Source of the DNA: an uncultured delta proteobacterium
Lineage (GTDB): Bacteria; Desulfobacterota; Desulfomonilia; Desulfomonilales; Desulfomonilaceae
NCBI GenBank assembly: GCA_963789265.1
Contig: CAWBKB010000005.1
Location: 480,001 to 544,000, forward strand
Reading direction: 5' to 3'
DNA length: 64,000 bases
Part shown: in pieces, positions 60,831 to 64,000 of the stretch
Layout: each line of letters begins with the position of its first letter
Numbering within the stretch: the first letter of the stretch is position 1
Translations under genes and position numbers: made by a program
The notes under the pieces: model-generated
Told to the model about the DNA's origin: nothing
What the model saw: the letters and a program-made list of their open reading frames with translations, nothing else
The model's database searches: none

Positions 60831-62922
60831 TCAGATCAGCGGCCTCCTCATCAGAAGCTCAAGCGCTCGCCGGGCTGTAGCGGCGAGTCCCGGCTCCTCG
60901 GCCTCGAGAGCCAGCAATTGGCGGAGGTGATCCGCAGTCCGCAGGATCAGCATTGCCAGATCTCCCTCATCGGCCCCGATGTTGGCCGTAAGTTGAGCCC
61001 AATCCACGTCTTCAGCCCACAGAAATACGGAAGCGGCCGGCCAAAACATTATGGTTGGTGTGTCGAAGCCCTTGGCAGCCATGAACTGGGCCAGAGGCTG
61101 CAATTTTTGCATTGTGTGGCGAAATCTCTTCCAGAGCGGCCGGGTTTGGTCCCATAGTTCCCTGCTTATGAGAATCTCTTTGTCCTTATCCAACACGAAC
61201 GGCGCAATTAGTGCGGCAAGTTCCTGGGGACCCAGCCCGGCAAATTCACCCTGCCTTATCAGTTCCGCTATCAAAAGAGGATGATCCAACCTCAATTGCG
61301 CAGCCCATCTGCCGTCATAGGTTGGAACCCCGGCTTCGTCTAAGTAATTCAGTTTCTGCGAGCAAACTTGCATGCCTTTGAAATTCCCTGAGCAATCTGG
61401 AATGAACTTTGGCTGCTTGACGTGGATTCTCCCGGAAAGCGGCAAAAGACAGGCCGAGCAGTTTTCTGACACCGGCCGGGTCGTGTGAGAGCAAAAGGTT
61501 GAGCGTCATTGAGAAATTGACTGCAATTCTGGATTGTAAGGGCTCCGGGTCGGAAAATATCAATTCCTTTACGAGGCCGATGTTCAAAAATTTGCCTGGT
61601 ACCACAAGAGTGTAGCCCGCATTGTCCATGCCTCGCCTTCCGGCGCGACCTGTCATCTGGTGGAGGTCGGTCGCGGTCATATCCACGAACGTTCTGCCGT
61701 TGAAACGGTCGCTCTGCACTAGGACAACGGTTCGGGCAGGAAAATTGACACCCGCCGCCACTGTAGATGTGGAAAAGATTGCCTCCAAGTGCCCGGAGAC
61801 CATCATTTTTTCGATCAGAAGACGCCAGCCTGGGAGTTGACCGGCATGATGTGAACCGGCCCGACAGTGTAGCAGACGGCTGAGCTGCCTATGTCGTGCC
61901 AATTCCGGATAGCCGGCGAGTTGGTCTTTGACCGCCTGGGCGAACCCCCCGTCCTCCGGCTTCAATGGCGCCGGAAGAAGGGCCTGGAGTGCGCTGTCGC
62001 AGTCCGATCTGGATTTCAGGAAAATAATTGCCGGAAGAAGGTTAAATTCCCTCAGAGTCCCGACAATCCCGTTTATCTCTGGAGGTCTTGCTGCCTGGAC
62101 TCTCTTTCTCCCCTTTTCGGCCTTTGCATACGCTGCAACTTTCGGAAAGATTCTGGTGCCTCGCAAAAACGGGGTGAGTTCTCCGCCTGGGGTCCTGAAA
62201 AGCACGTGAAGAGGAACCGGCCGGATCTTCGAATAGACCACCGAGCAGGTTTTATTTCTAATATGAGTCAGCCACCGGGCAATGGTGCCTGCGTTGGAAA
62301 CAGTGGCTGAGAGCATTAGGAGCCTTACTCTGGCCGGCAGATAGATAAGGACTTCTTCCCAAACCACTCCTCTATCAATGTCGCCCAGGTAATGGGCTTC
62401 ATCCAGGATTACCAGGTCAACGTCGATGTCGGTGCCCGTCTGCATGGCATCATAGAGTTGATTGCGAAGGATCTCCGTTGTGCCGACAATCACGGGTGCG
62501 TCAGCATTCTCCTTGCGATCGCCGGTGAGAATTCCGACGCGGTCGCGGCCGAAGGTTTCCCCGAATTCCTCGTATTTGGCGTTGGACAGGGCTTTCAGAG
62601 GAGTCGCATACCATGTCCGGCAATTCCGCGAGAGAAACTCTTTCGTAGTTTCCAGCGCGATCCAGGTTTTCCCCGAACCGGTCGGCGCGCTCACCAGAAC
62701 ATCGCTCTTACTAACCTTTCGGATGGCTTCGTTCTGGAAAGGATCCGGGATAAAAGGAGAAGGTTCGGGCTTTCCTATGTCCTCCAGGAGACGCTCGGCT
62801 TCCTCATGAACGCGGTGAATCAGGGGTTCTTGAGGGGCGCTCTTGACTCCTCCTCGATGTCCCTCGAAAAAGATTGCTTTCTTGCGAAATGACTTTTTGT
62901 GTTTATGTTGAAACGATCTCAT
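60831..62922 (-). CDS. Ski2/HelY-like DEAH-box helicase, apparent frameshift ~61355
   Basis: APTGSGKT, TPLKALSN, DEAH, LSAT, HHAG, QMTGRAGRRG; the C-terminal piece continues in another frame. Confidence 0.88.
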
Positions 62923-63476
62923 TGCTGAACCGAAGGCTACCCCAAGCCTAGCCGGAAGACAAGTCGGCCCGACGCGGCATCAAAAAATTCAGGCCGGGGA
63001 AGACAAGCCGAACTTGATCTTGACCCCGGTCAAAGGCTAAGGTACGTTGAGAATGTACTTTTTGTATTTGCTTATATGAGATTTTCATCCTCTTCTCGCG
63101 CCGTGCTTTGAACGCTCCAGAGTATTGGGATATTGTCCGGAGGAAGCGGTAAGGACAAGATACATGTTTTTAAAAACGCTTTCGAAATTGTCCTGTCAGC
63201 ACTTGAAACTGGACGTTGTGAGGCAAGACTCATCTTCGATTCCTCTATAACTTTTGTCCACAAAGTGGGACCAAAGTTTTGCCGGGAGGTCACACAAATG
63301 CGCCGGCAAACACGTAATTCGCCCGCAAATGGGGGTTACCGTTGCCTCGGCCGGCCATTCGGAACGCGTTGGGGCTGCGCGATTCACCGTACAGGATATT
63401 TTTCGGAATCGAGAAATTTCCTGCGGTATAGTAATGCGCGTTCGAAGACGCGTTGCCTGTAGGCAAGGGCGTAGTA

Positions 63477-64000
63477 ATGCTTAAAGAGAAAATTCTCGTG
63501 GTCGATGACGAGGAAGACATACTGGAACTGGTCCGATACAATCTTGCCAAAGAAGGATACCAGGTGAAGTGTGTCACCTCAGGCGAACAGGCTCTGCAAG
63601 AAGCCAAGGACGGCTTTCCCGATGTGATTTTACTTGACCTGATGCTCCCGGGTCTGGACGGATTGGATGTGTGCCGGCGGTTGAAGAGTGACCCCGTAAC
63701 GAACAGCATCCCGATAATTATGCTAACGGCCAAAGATGAAGACGCAGACATTGTGACAGGCCTTGAATTGGGTGCAGAGGACTATGTTACCAAACCGTTC
63801 AGCCCCCACGTACTACTGGCTCGCCTAAAGGCTTGTCTCCGGCGCAGACGTCAAGAAAGGTCGGATGAAACGGGCGCTCTCAGGGTAGGAGACTTGTCAA
63901 TTAATCCCACGCGGCATGAAGTTTTGGTAAAGGGCAAACCAGCCTTGCTCACTCCGACGGAATTCAGAATTCTCCAATTTCTGGCCACCCGTTCCGGTTG
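63477..64000 (+). CDS. OmpR/PhoB-family response regulator (runs off window end)
   Basis: Manual translation: MLKEKILVVDDEEDILELV...LLDLMLPGLDG...PIIMLTAK...DYVTKPFSP...LTPTEFRIL. Confidence 0.9.
   Translation, partial: MLKEKILVVDDEEDILELVRYNLAKEGYQVKCVTSGEQALQEAKDGFPDVILLDLMLPGLDGLDVCRRLKSDPVTNSIPIIMLTAKDEDADIVTGLELGAEDYVTKPFSPHVLLARLKACLRRRRQERSDETGALRVGDLSINPTRHEVLVKGKPALLTPTEFRILQFLATRSG

Noticed and set aside
63245..63350. Possible c-di-GMP-I riboswitch upstream of the response regulator
   Set aside because: GTGGGACCAAAG and GGGGTTACC resemble parts of it, but the GGCAAAC P1/P2 layout is not in the right order. It looks like a simple hairpin.

Overview
Bacterial chromosomal window. Gene content and style suggest an anaerobic deltaproteobacterium-like organism, which is an inference. 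Many genes carry single-base indels that look like long-read errors. From left to right: a partial CoA-transferase, a narGHJI respiratory nitrate reductase operon followed by a TDT/SLAC1-family channel instead of narK, a hicAB module, a TetR-RND efflux operon, a Rieske/FAD reductase and a higBA module. Next comes a long sugar/NADPH cluster (GH15, glk, zwf, tkt, rpiB, tal-pgi, HAD, gnd, malic enzyme, fumC, FMN reductase), then TauE, FetAB-like ABC and a Tat multicopper oxidase. The main result is a ~19 kb minus-strand island (41.8-60.7 kb) driven by three fluoride (crcB) riboswitches that the ORF track does not show. They head (1) a Ni-less Ehr/Hyf-like membrane complex plus an MFS transporter, (2) two tandem MutS-domain-V ATPases plus a HAD-like protein, and (3) a dynamin-like GTPase, a Cys/His-motif protein, enolase and a small helical protein. 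No Fluc/CrcB or CLC-F exporter is seen in the window. All three riboswitches appear to share an anti-antiterminator/antiterminator/terminator platform. Intergenic DNA holds a ~148-bp MITE with 8-bp target duplications (2 copies), a ~190-bp triple-hairpin repeat (3 copies) and other REP-like palindromes. The window ends with a Ski2/HelY-like helicase and a partial OmpR/PhoB-family regulator.
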